Positions 25,621 to 38,420 of a stretch of 64,000 nt of DNA are shown here, in pieces. Source of the DNA: Camelus dromedarius. Lineage: Eukaryota. The notes beneath the pieces are model-generated. The model did not search any database, was not told where the DNA came from, and was given only the letters and a program-made list of their open reading frames with translations. The stretch's first letter is position 1. Each line of letters starts with the position of its first letter. Both the position numbers and the translations under genes were made by a program. Where the stretch lies: contig NC_087436.1 in the NCBI RefSeq assembly GCF_036321535.1, positions 116,810,001 to 116,874,000 of the forward strand, read 5' to 3'.

Positions 25621-26696
25621 AAGAATCATCATTTCTATTTGTCCTTGAGACCGAGAATATCCTCGGGGGAATTTCCTATTCTCTCGACATTTTCTAAAAA
25701 TGCCCCCAAAATTAGGGAAGCAAAATTTTGCTATCCATGATTTTTTCCCAGACATTTAACAAAAAACTGTACACTGACTCCTAGAAAAAGGATCTTAGTT
25801 TTAACAGAATTGAAGGCTTAGATGTCAGTAGAAGTCTGACCAGTGATGGCAACACAGCGTGGTGGTTTAATGATCTAATAGTATTTTTTTCTACAAAGCA
25901 AGTCATAAGACCCCAGGCTACCATGTAGACAACAAAAACCAGCTATATACTCAGTTGATTTCATCGGTGCTGGAAAAGGGCTAGATTGCATTGAATTAAC
26001 CCAGAGGCTTGATTCAGTCATAACACAGAGCACGCTCCATGTAATTAGATTTAACTGTAGTAGCCCCTAGAGTTTATAATGACGACGCTGACCACAGTAC
26101 AAAGTGAACCAGAAAATCAGAGCAGTGTTGCACAAAGCTGAACAGTAAGTAAAGTGCTAATTTAAGACGTTGGTAAGCAGTCTTGGTAACATCGTTATTG
26201 TTATGCATAAAAATGCATACTGTGTTATTGTCTTATATTATATTTTTACAATTCCTCTTTCTTTATGGATTCCCTTATAATAATCCACATAGGTTTCTTT
26301 TCACCTAGCTCATAGTTTTAAAAGGAATAAAATATACTCTGTATTCGTCTTCCTTGCTGTGGCTGACTCTCCTTCAATCGGTAAACAATTACTACAGCAT
26401 AGGAGCCCAGTCAGTCACGTGGCATTTTCTACAGTGACTGTACCTATGAGGCAGGTCTACACCCATGGCCTCATTAAAGTAATATGGGAAGAACTTAGAT
26501 GGGTCAATTTGTTCCATATTTGATGTTTGACTGTCTTGAGAAAGGAATGAACCAGCCTTCTGTCACTTTACAAAAGAGAGGGTTCTTCTGGCTCATCCAA
26601 TAACATATGAAGTGCTCTGTCAATGTGACGGGGGCCATGAGCACTACCTGGCAATGGGAAATACTAACATTCTTTCAACTGTAACATTTCCTTCAG

Positions 26697-26737
26697 CTCC
26701 TCATTCATGACGCGCAACCACAGCTTACAAAACAGAG
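26697..26737 (+). CDS. CLNK: CLNK coding exon (41 nt), SSFMTRNHSLQNR
   Basis: atttccttcag acceptor and gtaaga donor. Phase 2->1. Matches human SSFTTSNHSVQNR. Confidence 0.92.
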
Positions 26738-27260
26738 GTAAGAACACTTTTCGGAAGAATTCTAAAATAAGCAGGTAAGTCATCACACTACGATGTACCT
26801 GCACTGTGGCTTAGCTTGTGTGAGCCTCGGAGGCGCTGAGCTGATGTGTATAAATGTATATTTGTCTTGTTTTCATTGGTAGATAACACTGCATCGTGTT
26901 AATAGAACATACATTTTATCCATAATTAAATATGATCACTTAAGTGGTTTCCAGTTTCTTTCTCTTATGAATATTAGTTTGTTAAGAACAAGATTGTAGC
27001 TGTCTTCCCACGCATATAAGATGCTCATGTTTCCCAAGTATGTAATATAAGTGCTCTTGCTAAGAGTGAACACCCAGATCTTAGAATATTCCTCTCTTCA
27101 TTTGCACTAGATGCATTTTCCAAAGTAGACACATCACTTCATTTCACCAACAGCTTATGAGGCCCCAAGGTTCCCCATCCTCTCCAACAGTTGTTTTTGA
27201 CAAATGTTTAGCTATTACCAATCCACTGAGTATAAAATAGATTCAGCTTAAGAAAAGTCT

Positions 27261-27533
27261 ATGATGGGATTTCAAAATAGGCAGATACCAACCGGCATAT
27301 ATAGAACAGATAAACAAGATTGTATTGTGTAGCACAGGGAAATATATACAAGATCTTGTGGTAGCTCACAGCGGAAAAAAAGTGATAATGAATGTAGGTA
27401 TGTTCATGTATAACTGAAAAATTGTGCTCTACACTGGAATTTGACACAACATTCTAAAATGCCTATAACTCAATAAAAAATGTTAAAAAAAAAAAAAAGA
27501 AATACATAGGCTTAAAACTATAAAAAAAAAAAA
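27261..27533 (+). mobile_element. Young 5'-truncated L1 3' end with double poly(A) and target-site duplication
   Basis: Camelid-type L1 3' UTR, AATAAA, A14, 23-nt spacer, A12. Flanked by AAAAGTCT repeats. Confidence 0.88.
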
Positions 27534-28669
27534 GTCTGCGAAATGGAGAAAATAAAACTAGTCTCTCTTACTAATTGACTGTGAAGATAAAAATCAGAAG
27601 GCTACCAGGTCCATGGAGATACCTGAAGCAGCATGTAAGTGTAGTGATCTACTACTGTGGATGGTGGATTTTGATATTGTTAGTATTATTCTGCCCAAAC
27701 TGCCCAGATTTGTCATGTTCTTTTGTCTTTCTCTCTTCACTCCCTATGCCATGGAGATTGTGTGTTCAGATCTAATGCTTTATTAATCTCTCTCTGCTGA
27801 ACCACCAGAAAGGGCGTAGGGCTGCAGGAAGCAGACCACGTGGGTTTCAGTGGAAAGGCCGGGGGGCTCTGCTGACCTCGCCCAGCTCTGCCTCTCTCCA
27901 CGTAGGGTCAGCTTGAGCAAGGGGATTCTTGGAGCGTCACCATCCCCCATTCATAAAATTCAAATGATAATGTTAACTCACAGGATTCATATCCCCTTCC
28001 CCAAAATACAAAAAAAATCTTAGGATGCTTTTGTTCTGATGACACAGATTCTGCGCTGTTTGGACGTAGTGATCTTTTACTGATAATATAGAATTTGAAA
28101 AGCAGAGATGTCTTTAGCGTCATTCCTATTCTTAGTCATAAATTGGTGCACAAAATTAACTTACTACAATGAATGTAATTTAAACTTTAAGTAGTCAAAC
28201 ACTTTTCTGCAACAAACATTTTGATACATGTCATTCTCTATAACACTCTTAGGCTCACCATTAAAAGCCACAATCCTTGGGACCACTAAAACACACTTCC
28301 AATGTTTTAGGAAAACTCTTAGCTCTTCCTAGTAAACCTAGAGAGAAATGTGGTATTTGGATGACAAAAAGCAGAATAAATACACATATAACTTAAGTGT
28401 TATGGTAACTGGCTTATAAATATTTGCTAATGTTTTATTAGTATTTTGCCTCAAAAATATAGTGTGTGAAAAGTATCCTGTTCTTTCAAAGTTCTTGTGA
28501 AACTGCTGACAAGACCTATAAGTTTTGTTATGTTTGCTAGACTGAATTAAGACAAAATAACTTATAATTCTGCCTTTACGTTAATCAACCCTTGTCCATT
28601 TTATATGTTATTATTGTCCAGTATTTTATTTTGATATTGTTTTTATATCCTCAAGGCTTTATAACTTTT

Positions 28670-28854
28670 TTTAACATTTTTTATTGATTTATAATCATTT
28701 TACAATGTTGTGTCAAATTCCAGTGTTCAGCACAATTTTTCAGTTATTCATGGACATATACACACTCATTGTCACATTTTTTTCTCTGTGAGTTATCATA
28801 ACATTTTGTGTATATTTCCCTGTGCTATACAGTGTAGTCTATTCTACAATTTTG
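28670..28854 (-). mobile_element. Young 5'-truncated L1 3' end with perfect 17-bp TSD
   Basis: aaggctttataactttt at 28653-28669 and 28855-28871. Body homologous to the 17589 element. Confidence 0.9.
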
Positions 28855-29028
28855 AAGGCTTTATAACTTTTACACAGTTAATCCTTGCTTAAAATTACTA
28901 ACATATTTGTGAGTATCTTTGTTTAGTGTTCCTTCTAACCTCACTCCTTCCTTGTGGCCCTAATTTCTTGAAATTCATCTTTTATTAATATTTATGGGAA
29001 TGACACAATGGAAATATGTTCTTTTTAT

Positions 29029-29560
29029 TGAAGTATATAGAGAAAGTGCCACATCAAAACTTGACAAGTAGTAGTGGCTTAGAGCTTAGGCACCATATGA
29101 AATCAAAACCTTTTCAGTGAATTTTTTGTATCCTGTTACTTACGATCACTTGATCTATCTCGTCTTTTAAAGAATCTTTTACTCAGGCACAGTTTTGTAA
29201 CACGATACATTAGTCCCTTGAGAAACAGCGATTCATAGACCTGCGCAGATCTTTCCCATGTTGACTTATTATATAATAGTTTTTAAAATCACGTTTGCAA
29301 GTAACACCTCGGATCTCATCAGAAAAGGCGAACTGTGGATATGCGGTTACGTCACAGTGGCACATATAAGTATTTCCAAATTCCAGTGTGCACTTGAGAA
29401 GTCTAATTTTAAAACTGGCAACAAATACCATCAGTTATTTTCCATGCAGTGACAGGCCCACACTGTTCATTTTTAATAAAGTATCTGCCAAGTGCCCAAG
29501 TCTGAATAACCAGAGTTTGTCTGCCAGTCATTCTTTCAGGTTAAAAAAGAGATGTTCCAG
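29029..29560. mobile_element. Charlie1-like hAT DNA transposon fragment
   Basis: aaaacttgacaagtagtag...gcagatctttcccatgttgac...gatctcatcagaaaag...ctggcaacaaatac match remembered Charlie1. Confidence 0.7.
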
Positions 29561-30042
29561 AAAAACAAAAAGTTATTCTTTAACATTTTTTTTTTTAAAA
29601 AGGTGTGTCCTGAGTTGGGAACAAGCTTGGCTTGTTTCAAAAACTGAGCAGAGTTCTTTGCAGCCAGAACAGAGTGGACAGTGGAGGGGGCAGATGGAAA
29701 AATAAGAAGAGAAGGATTATCCAGGGCCTTATTGACAGACTTTAAAATATTTGGATTTTCTTTCGAGTGTAAAGGAAATCGTGGAAGGCTTTGTCCCCAG
29801 GGGGGTAGCAAAGCCAGAATTACATTTTTTAAAGATTACTCTGGATGCCCAGAGAGATGGGAACAAAAGCTGAAGCTAGAGGACAGTCCAGAGGAGACTG
29901 CTGTCCAGGGTGAGATGCTGGTGGTGAAGACCAAGAGGCCGCCACAGACGCAGGAGAGAGTGATGCGTCCTGGCCCCTCGCTCCAGGCAGGCAATCTGAG
30001 ACAATAGCACATCATATTTCAATGTGAATTTACTTCCCCCAG

Positions 30043-30176
30043 ATCATAGAGAAAGCACGCAGTCCTGCCCTCCTCAGAGATGCCCATTTCCAGCCAGCCA
30101 CGGCCCTCAGGAACACTTCCCACACTATAAAAACGCAAGCTGGAAGAAACCTTTCCGTGCGAGGTCTGATGAAAAG
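30043..30176 (+). CDS. CLNK: CLNK coding exon (134 nt), (D)HRESTQSCPPQRCPFPASHGPQEHFPHYKNASWKKPFRARSDEK
   Basis: tacttcccccag acceptor and gtaaaa donor. Phase 1->0. Lies within ORF 30024..30326. Matches human DHRGGMQPCSPQRC...SWRPPFPKRSDRK. Confidence 0.93.
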
Positions 30177-31499
30177 GTAAAAACAGATACTTCTCTGCAA
30201 TATTTTTCTAGATTTTCTGGATTTGCAACCTTTTTTTTTTTACCCTCCAATATTTTCTGGAATTTAGATTCTAAAGAAAGCTTTACTGAACAACGCCTAA
30301 GAGGCGGTCGTTTTGATTGGCTTTGATTCCCCCTGCCCCTTTCTGGCCATATATTATTGGATTTTAATATTTTTTAAGTATTTTGCTGTATGATATTTTA
30401 TATTGCCATTTCACTGGCTTCTTTAACTTATATATTTCCAGATTCCCAAAGTGCTTTTTTTTTAATTCATCCAAAAAAAAATAGAGATATTTAGGACTGG
30501 TTTATATTTATTGGCTATTCAGTCGTCTTTCAGGATTAATGAGGATTTACATATTGCAACTGTTTTTCCAACAAAATATTCACATGTCGTATGCTCATTA
30601 CACTTGAACAGTCTGACAAGCATGTGTGGAGCACTTACTGTATATCGGACAGGGTGCTAGAAGTTATGGTCTCTGCCCCAGAGGAGGCGTAAAGAGGGGA
30701 GAGACGCAGACAGATAATAGATCTATTCTTGCTTGTCCTTCATCTACTTCCTGGTCCCTTTCTAAAATATTCTCCATCCTGACAATCAGTTCTTTTCAGA
30801 CCATGTTGCACTTACGTTTGCCTACATGGGAGGATAAAATTTTCTTTGCCTCTTCTGTGTGTCTTCTTCCATCACCTTTCGACATTACTTATTAGTGTCT
30901 TTGACTATAAGGCACAGAAGGACACGCTTCCTCTGGGTCTCCATTCCATGGCCTCACGTGCTCAGGGGCCTGCAGCAGAGCCTACAGGAGGTTTTAAGCA
31001 GAAGCAGGACGTGTGGGATATTTCTGGTCAGTTTCTCGTACCCCCTGCGCTATCCTAAAGGTCCCTTGTTGTTCTTATATTTGTGTTATTTAATTTGACC
31101 TTAATTCCAAAAGAAGTCGCACACTCTCAAGTAAGACCTTGGGAAGTCTTTGCACATAATTCTTTGATTGCCCCTCCTTCTGCACCTGGCTCCCCTCCCC
31201 TCCGTCATCTCCTTCGTAAGCACTGGAATCCCCGGGTCCTAACCACACACCTACACAAAATCAAGCCCCTCCAAAAGCCTGGATTCCTGGGCGTGGGAGA
31301 GGTTTACACTAACTCAGGATTTCCCTGATTTCAACTATTTGAATTCACCTTCGTGTTCTGTGGCATATCCATGCACTATCAATAATAATGTTATATGCAT
31401 CAATATTCTTAGTTAACTCCTTTTTCATTTTGTGTGGCTGCTCTACACAGAAAACCAGCATTCACATACCGTAGATAGAAAGCAACCTTAAAACTAACT

Positions 31500-32022
31500 G
31501 TAGCCTTCCCCTTCTAGGGATACACCTGAAAGAAATGAAAGGAAGGACTCGAACAGACATTCGCACACTCTTGTCCATAGCAGCACTATTTACAACAGCC
31601 AAGCGGCGGAAACGACCCCAATGTCCATCAGCGGATAAACGGAGACACAAAACGTAGTAACACAGCTCTAAAAAGCAATGCAATTCTGACACGTAGAAGA
31701 ACCTTAAAAACATTATGCTCAGTGAAATAAGCCCGAGGCAAAAGGGCTAATATATGGTTTTACTTACATGAGAGTCGACTAGGTCAATTCACAGAGACAG
31801 AAAGCAGAGTGGTGGTGACCAGGGGCTGGAGGCGGAGGTAGTGGGAGTCGGTGTTTGCTGTGTATGGAGTTTCCGTTTGGGATGATGGAAGCATCCTGCA
31901 GCTGGATAGGTAGGGGTGACGGCTCCAAAGCAAAGCAGCATGCCCAACGCCACTGCCTTGTACGTTTGAAAATGGTTAAATGGTAAATCTTCTGGTGTGT
32001 GTATCTCACCACATTTTTTAAA
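31500..32022 (+). mobile_element. Old L1 (L1MB-like) 3' end
   Basis: atagcagcactatttacaacagcc...aatgtccatca...ttcacagagacagaaagcagagtggtgg...tgaaaatggttaaatggtaaat. Confidence 0.8.
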
Positions 32023-33685
32023 AGTCTCGCTGTAGCACCAACAAAACAAGGCTAATAACTTGTAGCAGGACGCCGTCACTCATGAGGGGATCTCAGTGCG
32101 AGGGCTGCCCCTCTGCCACAGGAGCGGGGGAATGCCCGGGAGGTGGTAAGGGTAGACTAGCACCAAAATGAAGCAGTCCTCTTGAGTTATTCAAAGGGCT
32201 AGAAAGAGAACCATGAGGGGACGATTCCTGCCCCCAGGTAATTCCGAGTCATTTATGCCAGCCAGCACCCATGACCACACCTGGAGGACCACGGGGCTAT
32301 TAAATCTTTAAGTGTCTTCCAGCTTGAACAAGTGAATAAAATCAGAGGAGATGAAACGCACCGTGACTGCGCCTTGTCAAAGCCCCAGACAGGCCAAGAG
32401 GCTCCCCAGAAGCAGCAGACCACTCTGAGCAGAGAGAGCTCACTCTTTGGCAGGGAGGTGGGGCTCTGGGGCATCCTTTGTTTCTGGAGCCTGTTTCCAG
32501 GCTTTACTGGGATGGAGCAGAGCCAGTCCTGCCTCTGGACCTTCCCTGGGGGTAGGGACTAGGTAAAGGTATTCACTCCAAAGGACGCCTCAAATAAGAG
32601 ATGACTTTGATCCTGAACTTGATGGAGGAGAATAGCAGAGTCAGGTAGGAGGAGAGAATGAGGAGCAGGGGGGATTCCAGGAAGCGGGGCTCCTCATGCC
32701 AAGTCCCGACTCTGTGCGTCCAGACAACAGCAAACAGCGTGCTATGCCCGTGTCCTCAGACTGGGCGCAGGGAGTGGGAAGGGAGGCTGGAGAGGTAGGG
32801 TGAAGCTAGCTCATCCCTTTCCAGGGGTGCTCACACATGCTTGGTGTATCCAGCGCTGGGAGGACCAGGGACTCACACTGAGAGAACAAAGCCCTGATGC
32901 TGCCTCCCTGGTTCTTGCCAACCACGGGACTGAAGTTGGCTTCCTGAGCCTCCACTGTCCTGGCAATGCCTGCATCACAAGGTTCTTGCAGATGTGGACT
33001 GGGATAATAAATGAGGAAGGGCCTTGGAGATGTTGGATCCATCCAGGGGATGAATCAATATTATTATCCTTGAAACTTGGTAAAGGAATTGCAGATCCAT
33101 GGTGCATCTCTCTGACTTCCCTTCCTTCCTCTCTGTCATGGTAGATTTTACAAACAAAAGAAATAAATGAGTGTAAATAAAGTAGATGGCAGACAGACTA
33201 GGGTTCAAATCCCAGTCCTACCACATGTGACTTTAGGCAACTGCTGTAAAGATGCTCTCAGTCTGCACCTGTCGTCCCCTCCCCTGCTGTTTTTATGATG
33301 ACTATGGGCTCTCATAGGCTTCATAAACAATGAACACCCCACCTCAGGAAGCTTCAGCAGGTACAGATTCAGAAAGCATTAATAGATATGTTTATGATCC
33401 ATTCTGAGTGTGGAGCCAAAGCACCTTTCTCAGGAGATGGAGTGACATTTCTGGTTCCTTTCAATGGCAGACTGACTTTGTCATGCCAGTTTCATGATTC
33501 CTAAGCTGCTGCTACTTTTTCTGTGTCCATCTCGAGATTCAGGGACGGAAATTTTGTACTGCATAGCTGCTATAAGTCCAGCTGTGATTTGGCACTGATG
33601 GAACAAAAGTAAATTTTAATTAATTAATCATTAATCCTTCCTTCCCTTTGAGCCTAAAATATTCATCACTTAACCTGTCCTGCAG

Positions 33686-33763
33686 GATGTCCAGCACAAT
33701 GAATGGTACATTGGAGAATACAGTCGTCAGGCGGTGGAAGAGGCATTGATGAAGGAGAACAAG
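33686..33763 (+). CDS. CLNK: CLNK coding exon (78 nt), start of SH2 domain DVQHNEWYIGEYSRQAVEEALMKENK
   Basis: cctgtcctgcag acceptor and gtaatg donor. Phase 0->0. SH2 WYxG motif and alphaA arginine. Confidence 0.97.
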
Positions 33764-34221
33764 GTAATGGCTTCAACAGGGACCATCCCACTGTTTCTGT
33801 AGCCATCCTAGGGTTTTCTGCCCATAGATCGTGGGACGTGGCAAGCAGTGTGACAAGTACTGGTTCCTGCCTCACCCTGTACTTCTCAGTGCTGGGGAGG
33901 TTGTAATTGAAAGGGCGCTTTCAAATAGAGTTTTAGGTTTGCAACTTGGTTGTATCACTTATCAGCTGTGGGACTTTTTCAAGTTCTTAAGCATCTTTAA
34001 GTGCAGGTCTCTTTATTTGTCAAATGAAAATAGTAAAGTCAACTCTAAGGAACTATCTTGGAGATCAAATGTGGAAGCTGGGGTAGAAATGGGGGTTGCA
34101 GTGGAAGACGACTTCCTTCTCTTTCTTCAAGTTTCATCTCCTTCCTGCAGATCTGCCTGAAGTACAGCTGGGTCTTTATGGTTCACTTCTACAGGAATGG
34201 AGCAGGGCACGTGAATGCTGT

Positions 34222-34570
34222 AACAGTCAGAATGTGATAGGTTATGCTGTAGTAACAAACAACCCCAAGATTTCAGCTACTTAGCATAACAGAGCTTTAT
34301 TTTTTGCTTGAGCTCTGTGTTCAAGGCAGGTTTGGGTGGGTGGACCTGGACTTCTGGAGGCTCCATCTCCATGTGTCCTCACACCATACACGGGCTGTCA
34401 ACACAGCCTCTCACATGTACCTGGCTGTATCTCTGCTCACATTTCATCAGCCAGAGTAAATCACAGGACCAGACCTAACTTCAAAGAGGGTAGAAAAGTA
34501 CAAAGCTACCATGTGACCAGAAAAAAGAGAAGACCTGGAATATTGGTGATCAGGTCAAATGACTACTATA
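34222..34570. mobile_element. MaLR solo LTR relic (MLT1J/K-like)
   Basis: gataggttatgctgtagtaacaaacaacccc...atttcagctacttagcataacagag...; ends tggtgatcagg...gactactata. Confidence 0.6.
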
Positions 34571-34859
34571 ACCATCATCATAAATAGAAAACAGTTACTA
34601 AGCAACTACTCTACTCTATGCAAAGGACTATACTGGATTGTCTAGACATGATAGAAAGGCTCTCAAGATCAATGCATCATCAAAACCTGTCCTCAACTAA
34701 CCAATACAATGGTCATTGTTGAATGAGGAGATAAAACAAAGTCAGTTAATTAGTGGACGAGTGTATGAATAGTAGGCCCCCAATGAATTTTAATAAAAAC
34801 CTAGCTCTCAGAATTGATATTATAAAATTAAATAAAATAAACTATATGTAAGCTGCTAC

Positions 34860-35298
34860 ACTAAACAGAATAATGTTCCTTCTACCATGATATGCCCACG
34901 TTCTAAACCCCAAGACCTGTGGCTGTGTCACCTTATATGGAAAAGGAGTTTGCAAATGTGATTAAGTTAGGGATCTTGAGCTAGAGGGATTATTCTGGAT
35001 TATCTGAAAGGGTTTAATGTAATCATAAGTGTCCTTATAAGAGGGATGCAGGAGTGTCAGAGTCACAGAGAGAGGGCCACAAGTCAAGCGCTGGTGGTGG
35101 CTTCTGGAAGCTGGGAAAGGCAGGGAAAGGCATTCTCCCCTAGAATCTCTAGAAGGAACACAGTCCTGCTGAACCTTGATTTTAGCCCCTTGAGACCCAT
35201 GTCAGACTTCAACCCACCGAACTATAAGACAATAAAATTTGTGTTTTAGGCCACTGAGCTCATGGGAATTTGTTATAGCAACAGTAGGAAATTAACAC
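34860..35298 (+). mobile_element. MaLR solo LTR (MLT1C/D-like)
   Basis: cagaataatg...caccttatatggaaaagg...gattattctggattatc...taagacaataaaatttgtgttttaggcc...atagcaacagtaggaaattaaca. Confidence 0.8.
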
Positions 35299-36058
35299 CG
35301 TTGCTAACAAAGTTATCTTGAACATATTCGGAATTAATAAAACCATCTCATTCTCTGGATGAGGAAACCGAAGCTACATCAAGGTTTCAGTCCCAAGGCG
35401 GAGAAAGAGGCAGAACCTGAACTCAATGTCAGCACTCACAGAACCACAGCTGCCTCTAGCAGACAGTATCGTTCTTTATGTTCTAGAAGGGGAGTCACAG
35501 GTGGCTGGGTGGCACCTTGCCTCGAGGACCCTCCCTCCCCGCTCCCCTGGGAATCCCACCCACAGCTGCCCTCCGCTGGGTTGAATGGTGGGGCAGTGGT
35601 GCCGACTCCAGCCCTGCCTCTTGTCCTTGGCTAACCAGCCATCATCCTCCCTGAGACTACTTCCCAGGGGAAAAACCCCTCTTAGAAGACAGGCTTCCAG
35701 GAGGCTGTGCGGCTGGTGCTGGAAGGGCAGCGTACCTGTCACGCGATGTCCTCTCGGCAACGTTAGGCACTCGATGCTCCCTTGCCTCCTATTCTGTGTG
35801 CCGTTCTCTGCCTCCTCCCAGAAAAGCCCTGAGAAAACAGTATCTTGCTGAATGACTTCATATTTTCCTATTTTGTTTGCCTCAGTTTGTTTTGTCAAAA
35901 CCTGTTTCCCATTTATGTCAGATAATTCATTGCAGGACTGCCCAGATTCATTGTGACCAAATCGTCGCAGAGTTTAAGATGATAAATCCCAAAAGTGGCC
36001 ACATGTCTTGGCCGCCTCTCACTTTCTGATCTTTGGCAGCATTCTGGGCTTGAGTCTT

Positions 36059-36404
36059 TTGTGGGTTTTTTTTGGTTTTTTTTTTTTTTTGAAGTGTAGT
36101 CGGTTACAATGTGTTAATTTCTGGTGCACAGTACAATGTCCCGGTCATGCATATACATACATACATTCGTTTTCATATCCTTTTTCATTAAAGGTTATTA
36201 CAAGATATTGAATATAGTTCCCTGTGCTATACAGAAGAAACTTTTTTTAAATCTATTTTTATATATAGTGGCTAACATTTGCAGATCTCAAACTCCCAAA
36301 TTTATCCCTTCCCACTCTTTCCTTGGTTTGTTTCTGTTTTGTAGAAGATTGTTTACTACGTCTGCAAGTCTGTTTCTGTTTTGTAGAAGAGTTCATAGTG
36401 TCCT
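36059..36404 (-). mobile_element. 5'-truncated L1 3' end (cetartiodactyl-type) with degenerate TSD
   Basis: T-rich tail, gaagtgtagtcggttacaatgtg...aagatattgaatatagttccctgtgctatacag. TSD ggcttgagtctt (36047-36058) / ggcgtgagtctt (36405-36416). Confidence 0.85.
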
Positions 36405-36987
36405 GGCGTGAGTCTTAAAGCTTTAATTACAGTGAATGTTTTAGGCAAAGCAGGTTCCAGAAAATTCCTCAGTCCCACTTTATGTACTTAGAGTCGGAAT
36501 ACTGAGAGCAAGAATTTGGACTTGACCTTTAGGGATTCCATTGACTAGCTGCGATGTGTTAGGGGTTCCACTTAGACAACTAGACCCCAATTTCCTCACC
36601 TGTAAAGTGGGCATAAAGCACCTCCTCAAACTTTATGTAAAGATCAAATGAGGTAACGTGTGTAAAGAGCTTGGCATCGTGAGGGCAGTCCTCAACAAAC
36701 CTTAGCTGCCAGCGTCGTCATAGCATCGCCATGGTTTTATAGTATTATTTATAAATGCAATATATTTGTAGTGTTATTATAGAGTGCCATAACCATTATT
36801 ATGTATTTATATATAGTATCTATAAATATTTGTCATAGGTAATGTAATTTATATAAACATAGAGGTAATAAATAGAGGAGACAATAATATATAACAATTA
36901 GTTATTATGAATATAAATTATCACATATAACACCCATCTATACAAAGAATAGATAGCACATACTACACACACCTAATTAGATCTATT

Positions 36988-37191
36988 TTTTTAACTAATA
37001 TTTTATTTTACTTACAGTGTTGCATTAGTTTAGGTGTATAGCAAAGTGATTCAGTTTTACATATATATATATTCTTTTTTCAGATTCTTTCCCATTATAT
37101 GTTATTACAAGATACTGAACATAGTTCCCTGTGCTATACAGTAGGGCCTTGTTGTTTATCTATTTTTTATATAGTTGTGTGTATCTGTTTT
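36988..37191 (-). mobile_element. 5'-truncated L1 3' end with 11-bp TSD
   Basis: ttagatctatt at 36977-36987 and 37192-37202. Body gcaaagtgattcagtt...ttccctgtgctatacagtagg. Confidence 0.85.
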
Positions 37192-38264
37192 TTAGATCTA
37201 TTCTTTATGTGTTACTTATAACCAGCTGTAGAAGAATCTGTGCAATTACAGTTACAGATTTTTCAGTATTTTTCATCATACAAATGACATGACGTAACCA
37301 CAGAACTACGCCACGTGTGTGTGTTTATGTTCAGGAGAACTGCTCCACTTCTTAGCCTTTTACAACCAGACCTTCATCCTGAGCTACCCCACAGGGTATG
37401 CCTTATTATTTGATGTTATAGTTAGAGTCTACCTATTTGCAGCCCCCAGATCATTTCACACTGTTGACCTTCTTTTGGAAACCTTGGCTGTCCACCCCTC
37501 AGCTTCTGTGATGCTGAAGCTTCTGGATTCCCATACCTCTGAGATGTCTCCTTCGACTCCTTCCCTCTCCCCTTCCCTGCTCTGCATTCCCTGCACCTCG
37601 CCCCAGGCTGCATTTTCTTCTCCCTTGTAAGTTTTGATACCAATGACTTTGAAGCCCCACATCTCTTTGGGGGATCCTAGTCCTATATTGACATCTCCCC
37701 ACGCAGAGGACCAATTTATAACGCTCAAAGCTTCTCCTGCTCAAAGTCTGCAGTGGCTCCCAGTATCTCTAGAACGATAACCTGAGCATCCACAGAACAG
37801 GAAATATGTGACTACTGGCTGGTGAAGGGAAGCACACCCAGGGAGGGGAGGAGAGAGCTACTCCATGCAAAAGCTGGGAGCCCAAAAGCAAGATGGTGCC
37901 TTTGAGAAATGGTGGCTTGACTGGCGCCACCATCCAGGGGCTGGAGACTGAAGGAGTGATGAGAGATAAACCACAGGAGAGGCTGGTGCATTTCTCCATG
38001 GACCAAGTTTGTAGGCATGATGCTGAAGACAGGAGGGGATGTCAGAGGATTTGCAAGAAGGGGGTGCACTTCTCAGAAAGTAACAAGACCCCTTATACAC
38101 ACTAACCCTTGATAAATACTTACTGAATTAAAATGTATAAAGATCTGGTTTGCCAAAAACTAAAGCCGTTTGGGAGCCTCACACACAAGCTTCACTGCCG
38201 CCCAGGGTGGGAGGGCGGGATGCTGGGATGCCTGCAAAGATCATTGTTCTTCTTTTTGCTTCAG

Positions 38265-38420
38265 GATGGCACTTTCTTGGTCCGAGACTGTTCCACAAAA
38301 TCCAGGGCAGAACCCTACGTGTTGGTGGTGTTTTACGGGAACAAAGTCTACAACGTGAAAATCCGCTTCCTGGAGAGGAATCAGCAGTTTGCCCTAGGGA
38401 CAGGACTCAGAGGAGACGAG
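38265..38420 (+). CDS. CLNK: CLNK coding exon (156 nt), SH2 core [52 protein letters not shown]
   Basis: tctttttgcttcag acceptor and gtgggt donor. FLVR phosphotyrosine-binding signature. Near-identical to the remembered human CLNK SH2. Confidence 0.98.

Noticed and set aside
25667..25676. Perfect NF-kB site GGGAATTTCC
   Set aside because: Isolated. Matches to the degenerate kB consensus are expected by chance in 64 kb.
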